A stretch of DNA of 12,068 nucleotides from Candidatus Wukongarchaeum yapensis (lineage in GTDB: Archaea; Asgardarchaeota; Wukongarchaeia; Wukongarchaeales; Wukongarchaeaceae), in the NCBI GenBank assembly GCA_016840425.1, contig JAEOSI010000046.1, forward strand, positions 1 through 12,068. Direction: 5' to 3'. Under the pieces are notes generated by a model. It worked only from the letters and a program-made list of their open reading frames with translations. It did not search any database and was not told where the DNA came from. Position 1 is the first letter of the stretch; each line of letters opens with the position of its first letter. Below are positions 1 through 8,886 of the stretch, in pieces. The translations under genes were made by a program, and so were the position numbers.

Positions 1-1
1 G

Positions 2-307
2 ATGGGAGAAGCTACAAAGCTTATTTCAGGACATAGAGGACAAGTAATAGACGTAAGACAACTTGAAAAAGAAGGTGAAGCGATAGTTACAGGGCTAATA
101 CCAACAATAGAAACAATGGACCTTGCAGATGAGCTAAGGAACGCTACTGAAGGCAGAGGAGTTCTTGGATACGAGTTTGACAGTTTTAAACCAGTACCAA
201 GCGCATTAGCAGAGGAATACATAAAAGAGATTAGACAAAGGAAAAAGCTACCAGCAGCAATACCTAAGCCAGAAAACTGGAAGCGGTTTATTTATTCGAG
301 GCATTAA
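2..307 (+). CDS. fusA: Translation elongation factor EF-2 family protein, C-terminal domain V (5'-truncated by window edge; possibly a divergent EF-2 paralog)
   Basis: Translation GEATKLISGHRGQVID...LRNATEGRG...FKPVP...IKEIRQRKKLP matches the EF-G/EF-2 domain V pattern (RRG.I...IRSATEGRA....E..GF..VP...IR.RKGL). The ATG at 2 is internal; stop TAA at 305-307. Confidence 0.88.
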   Translation: MGEATKLISGHRGQVIDVRQLEKEGEAIVTGLIPTIETMDLADELRNATEGRGVLGYEFDSFKPVPSALAEEYIKEIRQRKKLPAAIPKPENWKRFIYSRH

Positions 308-350
308 ACATTATAGAAAGCTTTATTTTAAGTTTTCTAAATTTTCTCTT

Positions 351-376
351 CTTTTTGACGGATTTTATCCGTTTTA
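351..376 (+). terminator. Short hairpin flanked by T-tracts downstream of the EF-2 gene (possible terminator)
   Basis: ACGGAT-TTT-ATCCGT (358-372) flanked by T runs, within a T-rich stretch after the stop codon. Confidence 0.3.
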
Positions 377-508
377 CAGGTGTTTTTTATTTTTTCTTAT
401 AACTTGACTTTATCAAAGGTAGGAAATGATTTTTAAGAGAATAGGGGGGCTTTTAAACTCTTCTCTTGCACAACCTTATAGATCAATAAAAAGAAGGTTG
501 GATGCAAG

Positions 509-829
509 TTGATAAGTGAATTTCTTGATCAATATTTTGAAATCTCTAACTTAAATGAAAAACAAGAAGTAATAGAAGAACAAATAGAAGAAATAGAAGA
601 AGAAACATTAAAAGAAGAATGGGAGGAAGAAGAAACCGAAAAAGAGGAAGAATTTGAGGAAAAAGAAGAAGAACCAAATTTGTTAGATTTACCACGTTTC
701 TCGCCAAGTTTTTCCGCATTTTTTACAGCGGTAAAAGCGTGTGGGAGGTTCATCGATATTTCTTGTTTGTTCCATCCAATAGTATGCTTCCATAGAGTCG
801 CAGGAAGGGCATTTTATTTTTGTGGATGA
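509..829 (+). CDS. Small, extremely Glu-rich hypothetical protein (true start may be ATG 426 in another frame)
   Basis: 24 of 39 residues in the central segment are Glu, encoded by mixed GAA/GAG codons with interspersed hydrophobic residues. TTG start. The last 141 nt overlap tfs antisense, so the 3' part is doubtful. Confidence 0.4.
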   Translation: MISEFLDQYFEISNLNEKQEVIEEQIEEIEEETLKEEWEEEETEKEEEFEEKEEEPNLLDLPRFSPSFSAFFTAVKACGRFIDISCLFHPIVCFHRVAGRAFYFCG

Positions 830-1015
830 GAGTGAAGGTGATTTGGAAGGATCCTGTACAATAATTGTTTCAGATTTTTCAATTTTACTTGAGATTGTAT
901 ATCCTCCCGAAGAATCTTTAGATATAGTTTTTCCACATTTTCCGCATATGAGGAGAATATTACCGTTTTCATCTTTTTTTGGCATCATTAAAGCACCGCA
1001 TTCGCAAAATTCCAA
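689..1015 (-). CDS. tfs: Transcription elongation factor S (TFS; RpoM/Rpb9/TFIIS family)
   Basis: Two zinc ribbons (CEC...CGKC; CPSC...CKKC), QTRNIDEPPTRFY with the acidic DE tip, C-terminal W-R-E. TTG start preceded by GGAGG. Confidence 0.95.
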   Translation of the reverse strand: MEFCECGALMMPKKDENGNILLICGKCGKTISKDSSGGYTISSKIEKSETIIVQDPSKSPSLSSTKIKCPSCDSMEAYYWMEQTRNIDEPPTRFYRCKKCGKTWRETW

Positions 1016-1098
1016 TAATGTTTCCTCCTAAGGATTTCATTTATGAAATTTTAAAGTTTAAGTAAGTGAAGTTCTTGGTTGATTTAACTTTAATGGAA

Positions 1099-2637
1099 TT
1101 ACGTGTTAACTAGTTTGGAGTTTGAGGGGAAATTTAATGTATTGGCTATTCTTATTAGGAAGGGAGTTATTTTGTCTGTTTTACAATTTTTTTTGGCTAT
1201 TTTTTTTAGTATTTTATTTATTCCCGATCCATATTGGATGGCTTTTTTTGGTCTTTTTATGATTTCTGGGGGTAGATTTAGAAGGCGGGCTGTTTCTCTT
1301 AATATGTATTTTCGTTCGTTATTTTTTATTTTTAGTTCAGGAGGAATACTTATGGAGTAGGATATTAACTCGGGCTCTAGAAAGGGATATTTGGGAGAGA
1401 TTGTGTGGGCCATGGTTGCCATATCCACTGTTTGAAGGCTTGAATTCCAAAGATTTTTAGTATCTTTTTCTAAAGCTTTTTTGAGAGCAGTTATTCCTTT
1501 ATTTTGTAGGTTTTTTTGGTATTTTTTGTAGCCTGCAAAAAGCTCATCAGCACCTTGTCCTAAAATCATGTGATTAAACCCTGCTTTTTTCGCTTCTCGT
1601 GCTAAAAAAAAGAGGGGGATAGCAATGCTTACTTTGAGTGGATTTATTTCTTCTATTAACCAGATTATTTCGGGAATTTTTGATTCTACTTCTTCGAAGG
1701 TTAAATTGTAAACGTTTAATGGAAGATTTAGTTTTTCTGCAGCATTTTTCGCGTTTTTTTCGTCGGGATGATTCTTTACAGATACGCAAAAAAGTTCCAC
1801 ATTGATATTAACCATTTGGAGGGTTTTTGCAATTATTGAGCTATCTAGTCCTCCTGAAAAGCAAAGAGCTGCTTTTTTCCTATCTTTTGTTGTTTTTTTT
1901 ATTGATGATACGAGTTTGGAAGAAAGGATATTAGTGATATCTTTAATGGGTTTTTTAATCGTTGGACCTTGGAAGTTTAATACTGAAAATTTTAATTTTT
2001 TAAAGTCATACCTTGAAAGAATATAAAAAAAGCCAGGCAACACGGGTTTTACATATTCCAAGCCAATCTTCCATAACGCTTTTCTTTCAGATGCAAAGGC
2101 AATTATTTGATCGTTTTTCCCTATAAATAAAGGTTTTATGCCTACGGGATCTCTTCCAATAGTTATTATGTCATTTTCGCGATCGTATATTAGGAGTGAA
2201 AAATAGCCAGCTATACTGTTAAAAACGTTATATAAATTCTTTTTTAGGCATGTTTGCTTAAATTTTTTCGATTCGAAAAGATGGGCAACTATTTCGCCAT
2301 CATTTTCAGTTCTAAAAGTATGAAAATTTTTTAGACTAGTTTTAAGTTGGTTGGAGTTATATAATTCTCCGTTTAAGGCTACAACGGTTTTTTCATCGCA
2401 TCCAGTTAAGGGTTGGGAATATGTTACACCGTTTAGGTTAATAAAATCCCCTGCTATTACGCCGATATGACCTTTAATTGATTCAAAATTTTCGGGGTAT
2501 ATTGACTCTTTTTCTTCATATTTTGTGTATATTTTATGTTTACTTAAAGTACGATGGCGGAGAGTTTTTCCTATTTGAGTAAGATAGTAGCCAATATTCG
2601 ATGTATTTTTTTGAATTATACCGCCAATATAAGACAT
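1099..2637 (-). CDS. asnB: Asparagine synthetase B-like protein (Ntn glutamine amidotransferase-like domain plus ATP pyrophosphatase domain), lacking the N-terminal Cys
   Basis: Motifs NGELYN, RDPVGIKPLF, FSGGLDSS, GQGADELFAGY, PFL and RPKKAIQYGSG. N-terminus is MSYIGGII rather than MCGI. Confidence 0.88.
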   Translation of the reverse strand: MSYIGGIIQKNTSNIGYYLTQIGKTLRHRTLSKHKIYTKYEEKESIYPENFESIKGHIGVIAGDFINLNGVTYSQPLTGCDEKTVVALNGELYNSNQLKTSLKNFHTFRTENDGEIVAHLFESKKFKQTCLKKNLYNVFNSIAGYFSLLIYDRENDIITIGRDPVGIKPLFIGKNDQIIAFASERKALWKIGLEYVKPVLPGFFYILSRYDFKKLKFSVLNFQGPTIKKPIKDITNILSSKLVSSIKKTTKDRKKAALCFSGGLDSSIIAKTLQMVNINVELFCVSVKNHPDEKNAKNAAEKLNLPLNVYNLTFEEVESKIPEIIWLIEEINPLKVSIAIPLFFLAREAKKAGFNHMILGQGADELFAGYKKYQKNLQNKGITALKKALEKDTKNLWNSSLQTVDMATMAHTISPKYPFLEPELISYSISIPPELKIKNNERKYILRETARLLNLPPEIIKRPKKAIQYGSGINKILKKIAKKNCKTDKITPFLIRIANTLNFPSNSKLVNT

Positions 2638-2805
2638 TTTATCATCCTTTAAATTCTATTTAAAAGCAATGATTTTTTATTTCACACAAGGAAAAAATAA
2701 GAAGTTTTTATATCCTTAAATTTTATTAATGATTTATTTAGGAGTTTTGTAATAATAAAGTAATATAATTTTAATTATTTTTTGCTAAAGATATATTAGA
2801 AGTGA

Positions 2806-3387
2806 TTGGCTTTGTGTATACTATCTGATGTTGATATTTTAAGAGAGTTGAAAACAGCAAACTTAGTTATAAGGCCTATAGATTTAGAAAAACAGATAGG
2901 ACCGTGTTCAGTTGATTTAAGGATGGGGAATGAAGCTTTAGTTTTAGACAGAAAAAAAATGGTTTTAAATAATAGGGCTCTTTTCAAGATGGAGGACGAT
3001 ATAGAACCGTATATGGAAAGAATAGTTTTAGAGAATTCTTTAGTAATACAACCAGGGGAAAATGTGCTTATAACGAACATGGAGTGGATAGAGATACCGA
3101 ATAATATAAGGGGTAGAATCGAGGGCAGATCTTCATTAGCTAGAAGATTTTTGGAAGTTCATTCTACAGGAGGTTTCGTTGACTCTGGATTCTGCGGAAA
3201 AATTACGCTTGAAGTTACAAATAAGCTTAATATTCCACAGGAGCTTAAAGTAGGAGAAAGAGTTTGCCAATTAGAGTTATCGTATTTAGCGCATCCTTGT
3301 GAAAAGCCTTATAGTGGAAAGTATAAAGGACAAAAAAGTGTTACACCAAGCAAATTACACCTTGACTTTCCTAAAAAAGTTTTATAA
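2806..3387 (+). CDS. dcd: dCTP deaminase (trimeric dUTPase-like fold)
   Basis: ILSD, QIGPCSVDLR, EGRSSLAR, GFVDSGFCGKITLE, GERVCQL and YSGKYKGQ motifs. The start may instead be TTG at 2812. Confidence 0.94.
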   Translation: MALCILSDVDILRELKTANLVIRPIDLEKQIGPCSVDLRMGNEALVLDRKKMVLNNRALFKMEDDIEPYMERIVLENSLVIQPGENVLITNMEWIEIPNNIRGRIEGRSSLARRFLEVHSTGGFVDSGFCGKITLEVTNKLNIPQELKVGERVCQLELSYLAHPCEKPYSGKYKGQKSVTPSKLHLDFPKKVL

Positions 3388-3401
3388 ATTAAGTAATCTT
3401 T

Positions 3402-3450
3402 AAAGTTTAAATACCTGAGAAGTTTAAAAATATGTACTTTTTTTGGTGAT
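3402..3450 (+). promoter_or_regulatory. Putative BRE/TATA elements and SD for rpl10e
   Basis: aaag-TTTAAATA (TATA 3406-3413), gaag-TTTAAAAA (3423-3430) and GGTGA (3445-3449) upstream of ATG 3456. Confidence 0.5.
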
Positions 3451-3455
3451 AAGAT

Positions 3456-3977
3456 ATGCCTAAGAGACCTGCCCGCTGTTACAGGGATATTAAGCCACAC
3501 CCGTACACTAGGAGAGAATATATGCGAGGGGTTCCTGATTCCAAAATAAGGATCTTTCAGATGGGGACAGTTAAAGGCGATTTGCCTGTGGAAGTTGCAT
3601 TAAAAGTCAAAGAATCGTGTAATATTCAGCATGTAGCCCTTGAATCTGCAAGAATTGCTGCTAACAGATATCTCCAAAAAAATTTAGGTAGAAGCGAGTA
3701 TTTCTTAAAGATAAAAGTTTATCCACATCATGTTCTCAGAGAGAACAAGATGATGGCAGTTGCAGGAGCAGATAGATTACAGGAAGGGATGAGACATGCT
3801 TTTGGTAAGCCTATAGGAACAGCAGCAAGGGTAATGGAAGGACAATCAATCATTATTGTAAAAGTAATACCAGAAAATGTAGAACACGCAATGAAAGCAT
3901 TGAAGAGGGCAGGGATGAAGCTACCTTCAACCTACATAATAGAAGTAGTGAAAGGAGAGGAATTAATTAAAAGATGA
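3456..3977 (+). CDS. rpl10e: 50S ribosomal protein uL16 (L10e)
   Basis: [76 protein letters not shown]. Confidence 0.98.
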   Translation: MPKRPARCYRDIKPHPYTRREYMRGVPDSKIRIFQMGTVKGDLPVEVALKVKESCNIQHVALESARIAANRYLQKNLGRSEYFLKIKVYPHHVLRENKMMAVAGADRLQEGMRHAFGKPIGTAARVMEGQSIIIVKVIPENVEHAMKALKRAGMKLPSTYIIEVVKGEELIKR

Positions 3978-3987
3978 AATTTTATCA

Positions 3988-6300
3988 TTATAGTTTTATG
4001 AACAATGAGAGCTTTTTTTTCCTTTGAAGATATAATTTAGATAGGTAAGATAAGAAACCGGTAATAACTCCAAAAGTTAATGTGATCAGCCAAAAATTTT
4101 TTTCATTTTTGAGCGGGCTAATTATTTCTATTGAGTTGGAAGAACTTGCTACTACCTTGTTATGTATAACTATTTCACAGTGAAATTCCAAAAACCTGTT
4201 TGTTTCTGAAGAAGAGATGTAATATTGTATGGATGCATAACCTGATTCGTTTGTGAATCCAGCGCCTATGGAGGATGAATTGAGAAAGAATAGAACAGTT
4301 ATGTTATTTAAAGGCACATTATAACTATCAAAGACTTTTGCACTAACAGTTATTGTTTCTCCTGAATAAGCTGTTTTAGGTAAAGATAAATCTATTTTAA
4401 ATCCAGGATTTTCGATAAATATTGTTATAACTTTTATAACCGTAGCATAGCCTTCTTTAGCAGCTTTTATGAATATTTGGTAAGAATTATTTAAAGAAAG
4501 TTGATAAGTTGGAAATTCAAGTATATATATCTGGTTTATTGGGTCTTCGATAAATTTTCCTTGATCATATTCCCACTGATAAGTAACATGAGCGCCTAAA
4601 ATTGAAAGATTATTTTCAAGGTCTATATAGGAGAGATTTATTGAAAGTTTTCTGGGGTAAAATACTTTAAACTCAGATGAATTTATAGCTATTTTTGTTG
4701 GTTTAGTTGTGAGTGTTATATTAATATGTTCTTCTCCAGCTTCCCAGTTGTAAAACCACCGTAAAATAGCGCTGATGTTTGAACGAGAGGTTTGAGGGGG
4801 GAAGCATACTTCAAAAGTGACTATCCCGTAAATATCTGATTCTTTAACGGTAGTTTGAAGAACATTCCCATAGGTTGTGTCTACTATACTGAGGTTTACT
4901 GTACCTACACTGTATCTTAGTTTTGCACTGATGTTTATGTTTTCTTCATGGGTTACTGAAATAGAACTGGTTGGAGAGATTAATTCTAAATAGTTAGGAG
5001 AATAAGTAAAAATTTGCCATTCTCCTTTAATTAAAATGTTATCTGGTATGATAATTTGGTGAATAGAATCGTTTAATTCTATGCAAAAATCTTTCATTTG
5101 TACTCCGTTAGGGTTTAAAATAGATAAAAAATTCCAATCAAACGGGATGGTTATTAAAATAAAACTGGTCATGTTTTCAGCAAATTTTTGAGCAACTTGA
5201 AATGTTACATTCCATTTGATTGTTGTGGAATTATGGCGTTCATAATCGATTTCGCGAACAATGACTCTTGAAATGTTAATTTCTAAAAAGAAATGCCATG
5301 TTTTTTCTGTTTTAAAACCGCTAATATTAGTTTCATTTACTGAAACGTGGAGATTATTTTCAAGGTATGATTCCCAAGATAAAAATCCTTGGCCTAAAGA
5401 GAAATCAATTACTTTTTGATTATTTATTTTTAAGTCAACTTCAGAGGGGAATACAAGGTCAATACAAGAAATTTCATCAAAAAGAATTATTGCACTATAG
5501 GGAGGATTTTGAACCCCTACCTCTATGTCTATTTCCCAGAGGTTAAGAGGTAATTTATCGCAAATCTCTAATCCAAGTTTTGAAGCATTTAAAGATACCA
5601 AACGCCAACTGTTATGCCAAGAATCATTTATAATCAAAGAGACGGTTTTCGAGTCATTTTTTGGAGGATAAAGAGGGTGAGGGTAAGACCACAAATAAAC
5701 TTGTAATATGAAAGAAGTGAAATTATAAACCACTTTAACATAAGAGTATGAACTAGAAAGGTTATTTTCAGAAAACAGGTTGTAAGCAAAAGATACGATA
5801 ACAGAATTTCCATGCAATAACCCTCCGCCACTATAATCGACCTGGTGAAGAGAAGAAGCCCAGTTAGAAATATTATCAGTCCAAGAGTAATTACCGCTAT
5901 AAGAAATGAGACCTTCAGGATTGTTTAGATATCTTGAAAAACCCAGATCATCAGGTTGGTCTCTTTCATAGTTTTTCCAATAATAATCATTTTCAACTTC
6001 TGCATCGCCACAATGTACTGTTTGGTTATAAATATTGGTTATTCTAGCAGTCCAATTAGCTTTCCATAGAGACGAACTATTAATGTATATGTTATCGGAA
6101 CTATTCATCCATTTTTCAATTTTGACTGTAGCATGCTGAGAGACATTTAAAGTAGTTGAATCAAGAAGTTTAGGAGAAGGAAGAGAAGGAGAAATATCCG
6201 TATTTGGTAAAATGTTTAAGGATAAATTAATATAAGGACAGAAGAGGAGAGAGAAAATGAGGAATACTTGTAATAATGAGACTTTTTTGTCTTTTGACAT
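3988..6300 (-). CDS. Large secreted, C-terminally membrane-anchored surface glycoprotein (hypothetical)
   Basis: 770-aa ORF with an N-terminal basic-then-hydrophobic signal-like segment, a C-terminal TM helix (FWLITLTFGVITGFLSYL) and basic tail, about 30 N-X-S/T sequons, and beta-rich Ig-like-looking composition. Confidence 0.8.
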   Translation of the reverse strand: MSKDKKVSLLQVFLIFSLLFCPYINLSLNILPNTDISPSLPSPKLLDSTTLNVSQHATVKIEKWMNSSDNIYINSSSLWKANWTARITNIYNQTVHCGDAEVENDYYWKNYERDQPDDLGFSRYLNNPEGLISYSGNYSWTDNISNWASSLHQVDYSGGGLLHGNSVIVSFAYNLFSENNLSSSYSYVKVVYNFTSFILQVYLWSYPHPLYPPKNDSKTVSLIINDSWHNSWRLVSLNASKLGLEICDKLPLNLWEIDIEVGVQNPPYSAIILFDEISCIDLVFPSEVDLKINNQKVIDFSLGQGFLSWESYLENNLHVSVNETNISGFKTEKTWHFFLEINISRVIVREIDYERHNSTTIKWNVTFQVAQKFAENMTSFILITIPFDWNFLSILNPNGVQMKDFCIELNDSIHQIIIPDNILIKGEWQIFTYSPNYLELISPTSSISVTHEENINISAKLRYSVGTVNLSIVDTTYGNVLQTTVKESDIYGIVTFEVCFPPQTSRSNISAILRWFYNWEAGEEHINITLTTKPTKIAINSSEFKVFYPRKLSINLSYIDLENNLSILGAHVTYQWEYDQGKFIEDPINQIYILEFPTYQLSLNNSYQIFIKAAKEGYATVIKVITIFIENPGFKIDLSLPKTAYSGETITVSAKVFDSYNVPLNNITVLFFLNSSSIGAGFTNESGYASIQYYISSSETNRFLEFHCEIVIHNKVVASSSNSIEIISPLKNEKNFWLITLTFGVITGFLSYLSKLYLQRKKKLSLFIKL

Positions 6301-6464
6301 TTATAGTCTGCCTCAAAAAAAAATATAGTAAAGAGATTTTAAGCACCCCTAAAAATTAGGAATATAAAAAATTGGTTTAGTGATTGAGAAAATATGCGAG
6401 ATATTTAACTAAAAGTAGAAATTATAAATAAATAGTTACTTTAATTTTAATAACATTTCTTAAG

Positions 6465-6797
6465 TTATAATAATAACCATTCATTTATGTAAAAATCATA
6501 ATCTTTATCGCTTATTTTAAATTCTTGAAAAGTATCCAGTGTTTTTGCTAATTGAATAGCAAAAAGATGGTAACAAGCTGGAATTTTACGTTTTATAACA
6601 CCATTTAAGAAAAAATCTTCGCATAAACAAAAACGATTTTCAATTGTTAGATAGTCGCTTTTTTCTCCTGTAACTACCCATCTTATTATGCCACTAGGCA
6701 CGAAAATATATTTTTTTACGCGTCCTTCCATTGCAGATTTTAGACCACGTAAAAATCTGGAGATTTTAATTTGGTTTTTTTGAAACAACAAAACCAC
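6465..6797 (-). CDS. SWIM-type zinc finger protein (archaeal)
   Basis: CLCEDF...CYHL = CxC-xn-CxH SWIM signature, preceded by EGRVKKY.F..SG..RW.V.G, which I recognise from archaeal homologs. GTG start. Confidence 0.8.
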   Translation of the reverse strand: MVLLFQKNQIKISRFLRGLKSAMEGRVKKYIFVPSGIIRWVVTGEKSDYLTIENRFCLCEDFFLNGVIKRKIPACYHLFAIQLAKTLDTFQEFKISDKDYDFYINEWLLL

Positions 6798-7083
6798 GCT
6801 TATTTTGGTTTTTTACTATTAAAATAATTTTTATAACAATGAGTGGTTTTTTATTTTGCTAAAAAAATTTACTATGTTGCAATTTTAGGAACAGTTTAAA
6901 TTTTAAGTTTTACGTGATATAATTTGGATTCATTATTTAATTTTAATTATGATATAAATAAATAAAAATAAAGAAATAGTGAGAAACTGTGTGAGATCGC
7001 TATATTGTTATTAGTTTTCCATAAGGTTAAAGGACTTCATTTGGGATTTTTAAAGTAATTTTAAAAATGAGGCGGATTAGATA

Positions 7084-8484
7084 GTGGTAGAAAAAGGATA
7101 TGATGCGATAATTATTGGCAGTGGCCCTGCAGGCATTTTTACAGCTTTAGAATTAGAAGAAAAAAAAGAAAACTTGAACATATTAATGATTGATAAAGGG
7201 AAAGATATTACGAAGCGTTCTTGCCCTGCAATTGAGAAAGGAGAAACTTGCCAGCTTTGTAAACCTTGTAAACTATTGACAGGTTGGGGGGGATCAGGAG
7301 CTTTTAGTGACGGAAAACTTACGTTAACTACGGAAGTGGGAGGCTGGCTTAATGAATATCAATCAAAGAGAAAATTGAACGAATTAGTAAAGTACGTCGA
7401 CAAAATTTACCTAAATTTTGGGGCAACAGAAAAGATTTATGGAACAAATGCAGATGAAGTCTCAAAGATAGAGAGAAAAGCAACATTTGCAGGTTTAAAG
7501 TTAATACCATATCAAGTAAGACACTTAGGAACTGAAAATTGCAGAGATATTTTAAGAAAAATGAAAGAAAAACTACAAAATCACATAGATATCAGGCTTA
7601 ACGAGAACGTTAAACACATAATTGTTGAGGAAAAAAAGGCGAAAGGAGTGGAGCTAGATAACGGAGAAAAAATAATGGGAAAATACATAGTAGTAGCTCC
7701 AGGAAGAGTTGGAGCAGATTGGCTTACAGAAGAGATGAAACGTTATGGACTTGAAACAAAAAATAATCCAATAGACGTCGGGGTAAGGGTAGAATTACCA
7801 GCAGAAATAATGGAAGAAATAACATCAGTCCTCCATGAACCTAAGTTCATATATTATTCTAAATCTTTTGATGACTTGGTAAGAACTTTTTGCGTATGCC
7901 CCCATGGAGAGGTCATTATAGAGTCTACAGAGGAAAATGCAGTAACAGTAAATGGGCAAAGCTATGCTAATAAAAAAAGCGGTAACACAAATTTTGCAAT
8001 ACTTGTAAGCACTTCTTTTACAGAACCTTTTAAAGAACCTATAGCTTACGGCAAATATCTTGCACGATTAGCAAACATTATCAGCGGAGGAAGTGTCATA
8101 ATACAAAGATTAGGAGATCTGAAAATTGGGAGAAGAAGTACACCTGAAAGAATAGCGAGAAGTATAGTAGAACAAACATTAAAAACAGCAGTTCCAGGAG
8201 ATTTAAGTTTCGTTCTACCCTACAGATTTCTCCAAGATATTCTTGAAATGTTAAAAGCCGTAGACAAAGTAACACCAGGAGTTTACAGCGACCATACACT
8301 TCTTTACGGGATTGAAACAAAATTTTACTCTTCAAGAATAAATGTAAACAATGACTTAGAAACAAAAAAAGAAAACCTATACACAATTGGAGATGGAGCA
8401 GGAATAACAAGAGGACTTATACAAGCAAGCATTAGCGGAGTTATCGCAGCAAGAAGTATAATAATGAAAGAAAACAAAAAATAA
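7084..8484 (+). CDS. FAD-dependent oxidoreductase/dehydrogenase (COG2509-like, NAD(P)/FAD-binding) with an N-terminal Cys cluster
   Basis: Rossmann IIIGSGPAG, GWGGSGAFSDGKL, VRTFCVCPHGEV, VNGQS, NFAIL, YGIETKFYS, IGDGAGITRGLIQASISG. Cys cluster C-x8-C-x2-C-x2-C. Confidence 0.9.
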   Translation: MVEKGYDAIIIGSGPAGIFTALELEEKKENLNILMIDKGKDITKRSCPAIEKGETCQLCKPCKLLTGWGGSGAFSDGKLTLTTEVGGWLNEYQSKRKLNELVKYVDKIYLNFGATEKIYGTNADEVSKIERKATFAGLKLIPYQVRHLGTENCRDILRKMKEKLQNHIDIRLNENVKHIIVEEKKAKGVELDNGEKIMGKYIVVAPGRVGADWLTEEMKRYGLETKNNPIDVGVRVELPAEIMEEITSVLHEPKFIYYSKSFDDLVRTFCVCPHGEVIIESTEENAVTVNGQSYANKKSGNTNFAILVSTSFTEPFKEPIAYGKYLARLANIISGGSVIIQRLGDLKIGRRSTPERIARSIVEQTLKTAVPGDLSFVLPYRFLQDILEMLKAVDKVTPGVYSDHTLLYGIETKFYSSRINVNNDLETKKENLYTIGDGAGITRGLIQASISGVIAARSIIMKENKK

Positions 8485-8886
8485 CCAATAATAATTTAAA
8501 TTAAACAAGTACAATAAATACCTACATTCTTCCATCTTGTAAAGGAAGAATAAATAAAAAAATATAAAAAATAAAATAGAAACACTCAGATTAAAACCTG
8601 GGTAACCGTTTTTGCGTTGTTTTTTATGTTGGGGGTGGGTTTCCTCTTGTGTTTTTTTGCTTTTTCTTTGGAAAAGTAAAAGTATAATAAAAAACAAAGA
8701 AAAGAAAAATTAAAAAATAAAATTTCCTCGGCATTTCTTTAAGATTTCTTTAGAGTTAACGAAGTTTAACAAATAGAAGATTGATAGCAGCTGACTTTGC
8801 AAGTTTTAATACCTTTAGAGTTTTTTCAAAAAAGTTATTCATAGTAAAAATAAACAGAGTATGTGAGAATAGAAGGTGGGATAATT

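Noticed and set aside
529-753. Ser-rich minus-strand ORF
   Set aside because: Mirror of the GAA-rich tract (TTC/TCT codons) and overlaps tfs in another frame.
822-2026. ORFs 822-1031(+), 1103-1360(+), 1574-1789(-), 1802-2026(+)
   Set aside because: Shadow frames within or antisense to tfs and asnB, with no recognisable motifs.
2796-3500. ORFs 2796-3080(-) and 3309-3500(-)
   Set aside because: Antisense to the well-supported dcd and rpl10e.
5634-5831. Nested 65-aa minus-strand ORF
   Set aside because: Alternative frame inside the 770-aa gene; no supporting signal.
8526-8551. 8-bp inverted repeat ATTCTTCC/GGAAGAAT after the oxidoreductase
   Set aside because: Short, AT-rich and single-copy; cannot be told from chance.
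8726-8740. CCTCGGCATTTCTTT resembles 10389-10402 (11 bp identical) and the tRNA 3' end; possible outer island boundary
   Set aside because: Matches of this length are expected by chance in 12 kb of AT-rich DNA, and there is no flanking homology.
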